Shown: positions 1 through 8,984 of the stretch, piece after piece
Layout of the letters: every line of letters starts with the position of its first letter
Position numbering within the stretch: position 1 is the first letter of the stretch
The notes under the pieces: generated by a model
What the model saw: only the letters and a program-made list of their open reading frames with translations
Databases searched by the model: none
What the model was told of the DNA's origin: nothing
Origin: Bacteroidales bacterium UBA1184
GTDB lineage: Bacteria > Bacteroidota > Bacteroidia > Bacteroidales > ML635J-15
Direction: 5' to 3'
Assembly: GCA_002310235.1 (NCBI GenBank)
Contig: DBYO01000036.1
Location: 54,226-118,225 of the forward strand
Length of the DNA stretch: 64,000 nt
Translations under genes and position numbers: made by a program

Positions 1-2
1 TT

Positions 3-1457
3 GGAGACTGTTATGTTTCAAATTCAAACGAGACAATAACAATTTCCAATTGTATTAATAAAGGAACAATCTCTAATTCTTGTAGTAATACCTATGGTGC
101 TGGAGGTATAGTTGGAACTATCAATGGGGTTTATTCTAGTGGTGTGGTTATTATAGATCGCTGTTATAATGCTGGGTCAATTTCAAGTGGACGTAGTTCT
201 GGAGGTATAGTATCCGAACTTTTTCATGCAACCATAAGTAACTGCTACAATAGCGGTCCTGTAAGTACTTCTGGCACCTCGGAATACTATTACGGTGCTG
301 GTGGTATTGTAGGTCGTATGCAAGATTATGCCTATGTGTATAACTGTTACAATGTAGCTAATGTGACAGGAGGTGGCATGTCAAATAAAAATTGTGCTGG
401 TGGCATTTGTGGAACGAACTATAGTCAAGGAATGATTAAAAACTGCTATAATGGAGGAAATGTAAGTAATGCTCCAACTGATTATTTAGGCGGAGCCGTA
501 GGTTTTAATTATAATAATAATGGTAATAGTAGTGGCTATTATTGTATTGTAGAGAATTGCTACAGCAAGGGTTCGACTGTCATATGTGGAAAAAATGGTG
601 AATATACTGCCGGTACAATTACAAATTGCGCACAATTTACCCATAGTTCATATAATAACAATAAGTTGAGTCTGGCTGTTAGTGTGAATAGTACGAATTA
701 TCCTGCTACTACGACAGATGTTCTCATAGTTCTCAGAGATTGGGTAACAGCACAAAATACAGCCTTAGGTACCAACAAATATCTTACTTGGGACAATGCG
801 ACTTCCAACGGCGACAATGCAGATTCTCAAGGAAATAACGGAGGTATGCCAAAATTCTTTGCTTGTATCCCTATTACCATTAGTAATTTCGATGTTACTA
901 CAAGTAGCGGACAGAATGCACTCGAGTGGACGGCAAGCCCTTCTGGTGTAGCCTCTTCATATACAATATACTGGGGAACTCCTACAATATATTGGAGTTG
1001 TTCTAGCAATATTATAAGTCCAGTTTCGGGTAATTCATACTCGCATACTGGGCTTACTGCCGGTAACACCTACTGCTACGAGGTGATGGCGGTTGGCAGT
1101 GGCGACTATTGTGCCGAAAATGCCCACTCCACGCGTATTTGCCGTACGGTGCCGACATGCATCCCACCTGCTGTTGAGAATTTCTCGGTGACTCAGCCCG
1201 ACGCCAAGGGTAGGAAACTGCAGGTTTCGTGGACTCCCGAGACTAACATTACCTACAAGCTCTACTATGGAGTGAACAATCCTGCGTTGGGGCTTGGAGG
1301 ACTTTACGAGGTTCCTGGTACGGTAACCCCGGCATATACTGTAGAGCGGCTCACCAATGGGCAGCCATATTTTTTTGTCTTGAAACCTATAGGAGGCAAC
1401 TATTGCGACGGCACAGTGGTTTATCCATCGACAGTAACCCCGCAATGCAATGAATAA
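3..1457 (+). CDS. 5'-truncated large surface protein: GLUG/ZmpB-like repeats (CYNxGxV...GGIVG) followed by two fibronectin type III domains; no T9SS CTD at the C-terminus
   Basis: Frame of ORF 144..1457 is open from position 3 (GDCYVSNS...). Repeated 'NCYNxGxVS...GGIxG' units, then FN3-like 'LEWT...YTIYW...GLTAGNTYCYEV' and 'VSWT...LTNGQPYFFVLK'. Ends PQCNE*. Confidence 0.8.
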   Translation, partial: GDCYVSNSNETITISNCINKGTISNSCSNTYGAGGIVGTINGVYSSGVVIIDRCYNAGSISSGRSSGGIVSELFHATISNCYNSGPVSTSGTSEYYYGAGGIVGRMQDYAYVYNCYNVANVTGGGMSNKNCAGGICGTNYSQGMIKNCYNGGNVSNAPTDYLGGAVGFNYNNNGNSSGYYCIVENCYSKGSTVICGKNGEYTAGTITNCAQFTHSSYNNNKLSLAVSVNSTNYPATTTDVLIVLRDWVTAQNTALGTNKYLTWDNATSNGDNADSQGNNGGMPKFFACIPITISNFDVTTSSGQNALEWTASPSGVASSYTIYWGTPTIYWSCSSNIISPVSGNSYSHTGLTAGNTYCYEVMAVGSGDYCAENAHSTRICRTVPTCIPPAVENFSVTQPDAKGRKLQVSWTPETNITYKLYYGVNNPALGLGGLYEVPGTVTPAYTVERLTNGQPYFFVLKPIGGNYCDGTVVYPSTVTPQCNE

Positions 1458-4400
1458 TGAAAGGAATACAACAATGAAAAACGACATAAATATGAATATA
1501 GAGGGTATCACCAGTGGTGTAGAGGCTCGCTACAACCACCAATTGTCAATTGTAACAGCATTATTAATTGTATTCTGCTTGTTGGTAGGAGGTAAGGCGT
1601 GGGGACAAAGTACGGTAAATTGGGGAACCGCTTCAGATTATGATGGACAAACTAGTTCCGCGTATAACTCTCCTTATGGTCGTTACTATGGCTGGGAATA
1701 CAAAGTGTTTTGCTATCGCCCCAACACATTGCCTTTTAGTGGTAACATTTCTAAGATTGAGTTTTTGCCTTACACAACAAATTCGACAGCAGGCACAAGT
1801 ACATCTTCTAACATTACGATTAATGGCGTATCAGATAATCATGCGATGCAGATTTGGATGAAAGATGTTGAAGGTGATTATAGTTTAGTAGCAAACACAA
1901 CCTTCGAATCCTATGTCTCTGGTGCCACAAAAGTTTATAGCGGTAATATTCCCGCTACTACAAGCGGTTCTATGAATGCCATTACTCTATCAACGAACTT
2001 CTTGCATAATCAAGCGAATAGCCTTCTGATTTTGGTGAGGACAGTGGCCAATAGTAATACTGGTGATGGTGCTGTAAATTGTTATTATAAAACGCTTTCA
2101 GGCGGAGTTAACCTTTGTTGGTATAAGCAACAAGATAGGTCAGACCCTGGAATTAATACATCAGGAACTTGTATCACTAACAAGCTTCCTGTCCTCAAGG
2201 TTACTTATACCGCAAGTCCTGGCATCTCATTATCTCCTTCCTCTGCAACTATCCTTACCGGCTCTACCCAAACTCTTACGGCAACTAGACATAATGTCAC
2301 AGGCTCACCTACTATCACCTACACATCGAGCAACACCAGCGTAGCCACAGTAAGTGGTAGCGGCACTACAGCTACGGTGACTGGCGTTTCCGAAGGTTCT
2401 GCTACGATAACTGCCAGTATGACATACAGCGGACGAACTTACACTGCAACAAGCTCTATAACTGTATTAGATGCTTGCAAACCGACATGGAGTGGTTCTA
2501 GTAATTATTATATAAGTAATTTTACAGTAAGCAGTTCAGGAACAATCTTATTAAATAACTCATCTACTGGAACTGCCAAAACAACAACCAACTATTATTC
2601 TACGAAAAGCATAACTGCAGAGCCTGGCGATGAATTGTCGTGTACTATTACGATGAGTGGCAGTGGTACTTATGGTTTTGCTTTATGGGTTGATTTTGAT
2701 AAAGATGGTCTTGAAGCAGATGATTATAAGTTTAAAACTAGTGGTTACCAAAGTACACCATATACTGGGACATTCACTATTCCTGCTAATACACCAGCAG
2801 GTGAATATCGGTTGCGTATATTGGGTGATTATAATACTTCTGCACCATCTAATCCTTGTGGAACATATACTAATGGTGAAGCAGAAGATTACAAGTTGAT
2901 TGTAGTTGCCTCATCCTGTCCCAAGCCAACAAACCTTACCGTTTCTAACATTACCTCTTCAAGTGCAAGATTGGCCTGGGATGCTGGTGGAACTGAAACT
3001 AGCTGGCAATCTTTTTGTGCTCTTCATGGAGAGTCCCCGCAATGGAATAATCCATACTGGACAATAACCAACAATGTAAATTCCAATGTGCCGGCCAATA
3101 TTCCGAATCCTCAGCCCAATACCGAGTACGATTTCTATGTGCGTGCCAATTGCGGCGGTGGTGACTATAGTGAACCTATTATGATTACATTTAGGACGGC
3201 GTGTGGCGAAGAAAGCGTTCCGTGGTCGGAAGATTTCGAGGGGGAAGTTAATGCAAGTAACCTTCCATATTGTTGGGAGAAAGTAGGCTCGGGAACGGTG
3301 GCTGTTCAGGCAACTAATGTGCATGGAGGTTCAAAAAGCCTCAAATTTTCTGGAGCAAGTTCTAATTTAGTTTTGCTTCCTGAGTTTTCGCAGGAACTCA
3401 ATACCTTGCAGGTTTCATTATGGACAAGACCGGAAAGTACATTATCAAGTTGTGGCTCTTTCGATGTGGGCTATGTTACCGATGCTAGCGATGCAAGTAC
3501 TTTTGTCTCAGTAAAAACCTATTCGTATTCCGATTTTCCGTCTGCATCATACGCAGAGGAAATTGTTTATTTGGTTTCGGCTCCCAGTGGGGCAAGATTG
3601 GCATTCCGTCATAGGCCTTCAACAACTTCATATTATTGGTTTGTTGACGATATAAATATTAGTGCCATACCTGCTTGTGTAGCACCACAGGATCTTTCTG
3701 CTACAAACGTTGTTGCCAATTCAGCAACCTTGTCTTGGACAGATGTTCGTCCTGCAACATCCTGGCAGTATAAAATAGGTTCTGGAGGAACAGCAGTGAC
3801 AATCAATTCAAATCCACGCATAATTTCTGGGTTAACTGGAAGTAACGATTATACAGTATATGTTCGTGCCGCTTGTAGTGGCGGTGGCTGGAGTGATTGG
3901 AGCGATCCCGTAACGTTTAGAACTTTGTGTGATGCAACGCCAATACCATATACGGAAACGTTTGAAGATTATACAGGGCAGAGTTATAGTACTAATGGAG
4001 TAGTGCCGAATTGCTGGGACAGTTATAGTACGGGAAGTATAAGACCTCATGTTATTGGAAGTGGATCTTATTATTATGTACATGATGGTTCAAAATCATT
4101 GACATTTTACGGGTCGGGGTATTGTTATGCAACATTACCAATGTTTGAGGAGGCGATAAATACATTGCAGATAAAATTTTGGATGCAAACGGAAAATGCA
4201 TCAAATGGAACTCTCACGTTGGGTTATATAACTGGAGATGACAATAATTTTAATACCTTTCAAGAAATAGCGACATATTCAAATAGTACAGTTATGGTGG
4301 AACGAACCACTTATTTGAATGCAGTTCCATCAACAGCAACACGGCTTGTCTTTCGCTGGTATTTTAATTCACAATATAGTTGCTGTATTGACGACATAAA

Positions 4401-7400
4401 TGTTGACGAGCTTCCGTCATGTGTTCCTCCGTCCAATCTTAATGCAGATCCTGTTGCCGCTACAAGTGCCACATTGGCGTGGGCTGGTACTAGCAGCAGC
4501 TATAATTTGAGGTATAGGTATTGGGTTCCCGACGAAGATTTTTCTACAACTATTTCTTCCGAGTGGGAAAATAAAACAGGAAAACTTAATAATGATGGAA
4601 CAGCAACGTTGTCAAGCGGTTCTAGATGGTCTATTGGTACTGGTAATGGAGTGTTTGATAGTCATGCCAGAACAGAAATTTGGAGTACATATAATGCTTG
4701 GCTCATAACGCCTCAGTTTATGGTTGGAAGTGGCTATACTCTTAAATTCGATTTGGCATTAACATACTGGAGTGGCACATTGGTTGCTCCAGCAACAACA
4801 GGTACAGACGATAGGTTTGTTGTGCTTGTTTCAACCGATAATGAGGATACATGGACAACCTTGCGCGAGTGGAATAATAGCGGATCAACTTATGTATATA
4901 ATAATATCAACGCCACAGCTATTGGTGAGAACGTGTCTATTGACATTTCTGCATATAGTGGTCAGAAAATAAGAATTGCCTTCTATGGGGAATCTACTGT
5001 AAGTAATGCTGACAATTATTTGCATATTGACAATGTTCGCGTTGATGGTGTTACATGGCTGACCTCAAATGCAGTATCCGAACCTAATACAATTACTGGG
5101 CTAACCCCAGAAAATACTTACGAATGGCAGGTACAGGGAAGGTGCAGTGGTTCTACGAGCGACTGGAGCGATTTAAGTTCATTTACAACTATAGCATTGC
5201 CACCATGTGACCCTCCCTCTGTTTCAATCAACGGAGGTACTACTCCAACTTGTTCGGGTACAGAGCAAACTCTTTCTGCAAATGTAAGTGGCGGTACAAC
5301 TCCATACTCATATTCATGGGAATGGACTGCAACTGGAAGCGGATCTTCAACAATTTCGTCTAATGCCGCAACCGTTTCTGTAACGCCTTCAAACACAAGC
5401 GCAACTGCAAGCACAATAACCTATAAGGTAATTGTTAACGACAATGCAGGCTGCTCCAATTCGGCAACAAAAGAAATTGTTGTTAAGAAACAGCCTAATC
5501 CATCGTTCTCACCTGCGGCAACAACCCTTCTCGTTGGCGGAGCCGACTACAACGCTCTTGCAACCTTAAATGCCGATGGTTGCTCATCTCCAACTTGGAC
5601 ATCATCGCCATCGGGTATAGTTACTCAGGCAGGAGGTAGCATTCACGCAGTGGCACAAGGAAATACCACTGTCACGGCATCGTATGCTGCTACTGCTAAC
5701 TATTGTGCTGCTTCGGCAAATCTGGCAGTTGTGGTCAATATTCCACATTCTGTCACCATTTCTTCTGCAAGCGCAGCCTGTACAGGAAGTGGTACAAGTA
5801 TTACGGCTTCCGCAACAGGCTTCACCAATCCACAGTATTCGTGGAGCGCAACACCAAGCACTGTTACATGGTCGGCTACCGATTCGGAAACAGTAACAGT
5901 AACGCCAATGGCAGCTGGTAATTATACGTTTACCTGCGAGGTGACGGAAAGTGGAGGAGGTGCATCGTACTCAATAGGGGATGTTTTATATACCGATTCA
6001 AATGGAGATTTGGCTCCAAGTGGAACAGCATGTTATGTTATGTCAGTTTCTGGCAACAAATTTACAGTATTGAATTCTATCACTTGTGGCGGACCTCATT
6101 ACGCAGATGGCTATGTAGCAACTACAGGTATGACAGGGAAAGCAGCAACAGAAGCACTTATTCCGTTAAGCCCAACATCTTCGATGGTAAAACTTCTGGT
6201 AGATAATGGACATTATGCTAAAGGATGGTATATACCTTCTGCTGATGAAATAAATGCATTTGCTTCTTCGTCAGATGGTAGGTCTGTATTTCTTTCTGTG
6301 GGTAATTTCAATACTCCAGCACCGCATTACACGAGTACTGTGTCATCTGAAGGTAAGGTTACAACTTTTGGTGTTACTAGACCAGGCGGAACTCCTACTG
6401 AAATTTATTCAGAAACTACTTATTCTTATAATGGTAGTGGTCCAGGTGCTTTTTTGGCAAAGGATTTTTCTATAGGTGTTTCCGCTTCAACTTCCATAAC
6501 TGTAGGTCAGTCGCCCGTAATCGGTGGATTCCCAATCGACCCCTCAGTAGAAGAGTGTGGCAGCTACACGATAACCCCTACGGTTTCTACAGCTAGCTGT
6601 GTCGCAACAACATGGCAGTGGTCGGATGGTGACGTGAGCACAGGAACTCCTTCGCTTCGTGATATAGATGCCGACGGCGATTATACATTTTATGCAACAT
6701 ACAGCAGTATGCAGCAGTACGACATGATAACTCAGAATGGCATAAGGGCCATTGTGGTCAAGGTGCCTACAGCAACAACTGATGGTATAGCAGTACCAAT
6801 CAGCAACAACACCATAGCACCCAATAGTCCATCTACACCTGCAAACATTAGCGATAGTTACATCGCTAATCTTCAGGAAGCCATAAAGGTTAACGGCGGT
6901 AATACATATAGTGGTAGCCGTCCAGGATTTGTAATTCCCGCAGGAGCGGCAGGCGGCGTATGCCGGAGCGAGGCAACCATAAACGTGACCATAAACAATC
7001 CGAATATTCAAAATGCATCAAACTACAATTATATTTGGAAAGGCGGTACTGCAGGCAACGCAACCGATTGGAACACGGCTTCCAACTGGTATGTGTATAG
7101 CGGAGGAACATATTCTATAGCAGATGTGGTGCCACCAAGTTCACCGCTCAAGAATATTTATATAGGTAATCATAATTGCAAGTCGAATCTGACTCCGAAT
7201 GTCAATTGCGACAATGCATACGCCAACAACATAACAATCGCTTCGGACGCAAGCCTTACAATTTCAGCGAATAAGACGCTAAATATCAAAGGAAACCTTA
7301 TCAACGAAGGAACATTTTCAGCAGCCGACAGTAGCCTTGTTGTTTTCGTTGGTGCTTCCGACCAGAGCATAGGTAGTGCGGTGACATTTAGCAAGGTAAA

Positions 7401-8667
7401 ATTTGAACAGACAAACAGTGGCACGAAGATAAACGCACCGTATGGAATAACAGTAACAGGTACGGCAACATTCAACAAGGGTATTGTCAATGGCAATATG
7501 ACGTTCAACGCAAAGGCAAAGGCTCTGAATGTTACCAATTATGAAAGTTTCGTTGCTGGGACGGTAACAAAAAAGACTGGGTCGTCATCCGAAACGAATT
7601 TTGTATTCCCTACTGGTAGTGCAGCCAGCGGACAGCCAAAAGTTCTCGGCAGTGTGCAGGTTGCTACGCTCGCAGGAAGTAAGACCACGACTGTGACTTT
7701 CCATCAGAAATCCAATGATAACGGTGATGGTTCACACGGATTTACTCTTTCCGATTATCCTCGTTGGTGGAATATAAACGATATGTGCAGCAACGACGGC
7801 GACAATCGTTTCGACCACGTGAGCAACTACGAGTACTGGGATATTAGTGCAGCATTGAGCGGTGTTACCCTTAAGGTCGATGCCTCCAGTGCTACAGCTC
7901 ATTTTAGCGGCACAGCACCAGGCAATGGAGCCAACTCAAACATCTGTGCTGCAGCCCACTACGATTGTTGGAAGAATCTCGGTGGTACTGCGACAGTCAG
8001 CGGAGGTACAATTATGGTTAGTGGTGTAAATATTCCTTCGTCGATAACGCGTGGAGAAGTGGCTTTTGATGGTATATTAACCCTCGGATCCAAGAGCGAA
8101 GCAATCGTATTACCAATCGAACTCACTTCCTTCACCGCAACCTGCGATGGCAAGTCGGCTCTCGTAGAGTGGACAACCGCCACCGAGCGCAACAACGATT
8201 ATTTCATACTCGAACGTTCCGACAATGCAATCGAATTCACCGAGATAACCCGTGTAGCGGGAGCAGGCAATAGCATTGAACAGCTAAACTACAGTTATAC
8301 CGATTATGGTGTGCATGGTGGTGATAATTATTATCGTCTCATCCAAGTAGACTATGACGGCACACGTACTATGACGGACATAGTAGTCGCAAACTGCGTT
8401 GAAATGGCTACTGAAGATCCCGATGTTCTGGCTTACCCGAACCCATTCAACGACGACATAACAGTTGTGTTGGACAACTTCGGCAACCGTCCTGCTCGCA
8501 TCGAGGTTTACGATGTACTTGGTAAGCTGATTTATATCCAGAAGGCAGATGCACCACAGAATAGCTATCAAACAGTGCTGTATCTCAACAACCTGCCTCC
8601 TGCAACATATAATGTCAGGGTAAGTACAGCAGACTTTGTAATAAACAAGAAGGTGATAAAGCAATAG
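1450..8667 (+). CDS. 2405-aa T9SS type A cargo adhesin-like protein: Ig-like (Big_2-like), GEVED-like, several FN3 and cleaved-adhesin-like domains, DUF1566-like segment, type A CTD
   Basis: Signal peptide ending GGKAWGQ; 'WVDFDKDG...GEYRLRI...GEAEDY' (GEVED-like); FN3 starts 'CPKPTNLTV', 'CVAPQDLSA', 'CVPPSNLNA'; CTD region 'PIELTSFTA...EWTTATERNNDYFILERS...YPNPFND...KKVIKQ'. Alternative starts at 1474 or 1492. Confidence 0.85.
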   Translation: MNNERNTTMKNDINMNIEGITSGVEARYNHQLSIVTALLIVFCLLVGGKAWGQSTVNWGTASDYDGQTSSAYNSPYGRYYGWEYKVFCYRPNTLPFSGNISKIEFLPYTTNSTAGTSTSSNITINGVSDNHAMQIWMKDVEGDYSLVANTTFESYVSGATKVYSGNIPATTSGSMNAITLSTNFLHNQANSLLILVRTVANSNTGDGAVNCYYKTLSGGVNLCWYKQQDRSDPGINTSGTCITNKLPVLKVTYTASPGISLSPSSATILTGSTQTLTATRHNVTGSPTITYTSSNTSVATVSGSGTTATVTGVSEGSATITASMTYSGRTYTATSSITVLDACKPTWSGSSNYYISNFTVSSSGTILLNNSSTGTAKTTTNYYSTKSITAEPGDELSCTITMSGSGTYGFALWVDFDKDGLEADDYKFKTSGYQSTPYTGTFTIPANTPAGEYRLRILGDYNTSAPSNPCGTYTNGEAEDYKLIVVASSCPKPTNLTVSNITSSSARLAWDAGGTETSWQSFCALHGESPQWNNPYWTITNNVNSNVPANIPNPQPNTEYDFYVRANCGGGDYSEPIMITFRTACGEESVPWSEDFEGEVNASNLPYCWEKVGSGTVAVQATNVHGGSKSLKFSGASSNLVLLPEFSQELNTLQVSLWTRPESTLSSCGSFDVGYVTDASDASTFVSVKTYSYSDFPSASYAEEIVYLVSAPSGARLAFRHRPSTTSYYWFVDDINISAIPACVAPQDLSATNVVANSATLSWTDVRPATSWQYKIGSGGTAVTINSNPRIISGLTGSNDYTVYVRAACSGGGWSDWSDPVTFRTLCDATPIPYTETFEDYTGQSYSTNGVVPNCWDSYSTGSIRPHVIGSGSYYYVHDGSKSLTFYGSGYCYATLPMFEEAINTLQIKFWMQTENASNGTLTLGYITGDDNNFNTFQEIATYSNSTVMVERTTYLNAVPSTATRLVFRWYFNSQYSCCIDDINVDELPSCVPPSNLNADPVAATSATLAWAGTSSSYNLRYRYWVPDEDFSTTISSEWENKTGKLNNDGTATLSSGSRWSIGTGNGVFDSHARTEIWSTYNAWLITPQFMVGSGYTLKFDLALTYWSGTLVAPATTGTDDRFVVLVSTDNEDTWTTLREWNNSGSTYVYNNINATAIGENVSIDISAYSGQKIRIAFYGESTVSNADNYLHIDNVRVDGVTWLTSNAVSEPNTITGLTPENTYEWQVQGRCSGSTSDWSDLSSFTTIALPPCDPPSVSINGGTTPTCSGTEQTLSANVSGGTTPYSYSWEWTATGSGSSTISSNAATVSVTPSNTSATASTITYKVIVNDNAGCSNSATKEIVVKKQPNPSFSPAATTLLVGGADYNALATLNADGCSSPTWTSSPSGIVTQAGGSIHAVAQGNTTVTASYAATANYCAASANLAVVVNIPHSVTISSASAACTGSGTSITASATGFTNPQYSWSATPSTVTWSATDSETVTVTPMAAGNYTFTCEVTESGGGASYSIGDVLYTDSNGDLAPSGTACYVMSVSGNKFTVLNSITCGGPHYADGYVATTGMTGKAATEALIPLSPTSSMVKLLVDNGHYAKGWYIPSADEINAFASSSDGRSVFLSVGNFNTPAPHYTSTVSSEGKVTTFGVTRPGGTPTEIYSETTYSYNGSGPGAFLAKDFSIGVSASTSITVGQSPVIGGFPIDPSVEECGSYTITPTVSTASCVATTWQWSDGDVSTGTPSLRDIDADGDYTFYATYSSMQQYDMITQNGIRAIVVKVPTATTDGIAVPISNNTIAPNSPSTPANISDSYIANLQEAIKVNGGNTYSGSRPGFVIPAGAAGGVCRSEATINVTINNPNIQNASNYNYIWKGGTAGNATDWNTASNWYVYSGGTYSIADVVPPSSPLKNIYIGNHNCKSNLTPNVNCDNAYANNITIASDASLTISANKTLNIKGNLINEGTFSAADSSLVVFVGASDQSIGSAVTFSKVKFEQTNSGTKINAPYGITVTGTATFNKGIVNGNMTFNAKAKALNVTNYESFVAGTVTKKTGSSSETNFVFPTGSAASGQPKVLGSVQVATLAGSKTTTVTFHQKSNDNGDGSHGFTLSDYPRWWNINDMCSNDGDNRFDHVSNYEYWDISAALSGVTLKVDASSATAHFSGTAPGNGANSNICAAAHYDCWKNLGGTATVSGGTIMVSGVNIPSSITRGEVAFDGILTLGSKSEAIVLPIELTSFTATCDGKSALVEWTTATERNNDYFILERSDNAIEFTEITRVAGAGNSIEQLNYSYTDYGVHGGDNYYRLIQVDYDGTRTMTDIVVANCVEMATEDPDVLAYPNPFNDDITVVLDNFGNRPARIEVYDVLGKLIYIQKADAPQNSYQTVLYLNNLPPATYNVRVSTADFVINKKVIKQ

Positions 8668-8698
8668 CACACTAATATCACATAGAATAAAACAACTG

Positions 8699-8734
8699 AA
8701 AATCCTCGTGGTTCCCAGCCATGAGGATTTTTTT
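8699..8734 (+). terminator. Rho-independent terminator of the 1450..8667 gene
   Basis: aaaatcctcgtgg-ttcccag-ccatgaggatttt followed by a T-run. Confidence 0.8.
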
Positions 8735-8735
8735 A

Positions 8736-8878
8736 GTTGAAAGTTAAAGAGTTAAAAGTTAATAGTCTGTCCATCAAATCCTCAATCTTTAGCTCGGCGT
8801 AAGCCAAATCATCGAACCTTGAACGTTAAACGTTAAACCAGAACGGCGAAGCCCTCAACGAAGTTAAACGTGAAACAG
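8736..8878. repeat. Intergenic 7/8-mer tandem-repeat element with CTTTAGCTC-hairpin core
   Basis: gttaaa arrays, ctttagctcggcgtaagcc at 8787-8805, ggcgaagcc at 8845-8853. Core recurs at 32691, 38624(-), 49819, 61571, 62178, 62312(-), 62333(-). Confidence 0.7.
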
Positions 8879-8948
8879 TCGTCTGCCATTCACATCTCTT
8901 TGTTGGTACTTTTTTTGCAGAACGCCAAAAACGACGGAATAAATTACA

Positions 8949-8956
8949 TATTTTTG
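8949..8956 (+). promoter_or_regulatory. Bacteroidota -7 promoter element (TAnnTTTG) upstream of the GH3 gene
   Basis: TATTTTTG 28 nt before the ATG at 8985. Confidence 0.55.
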
Positions 8957-8984
8957 GCGGTTAAAATAGGCAAAGAATAAGAAA

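Noticed and set aside
1440-1480. Programmed frameshift fusing ORF1 to ORF2
   Set aside because: ORF2 has its own signal peptide and there is no slippery heptamer at the overlap
1-8667. Diversity-generating retroelement acting on the surface genes
   Set aside because: No reverse transcriptase and no near-identical TR/VR pair differing at adenines was seen
8923-8959. Invertible promoter (cgccaaaaa...tttttggcg)
   Set aside because: Only a 9-bp A/T-run-based inverted repeat with a 19-nt spacer and no invertase nearby; chance or an operator is more likely
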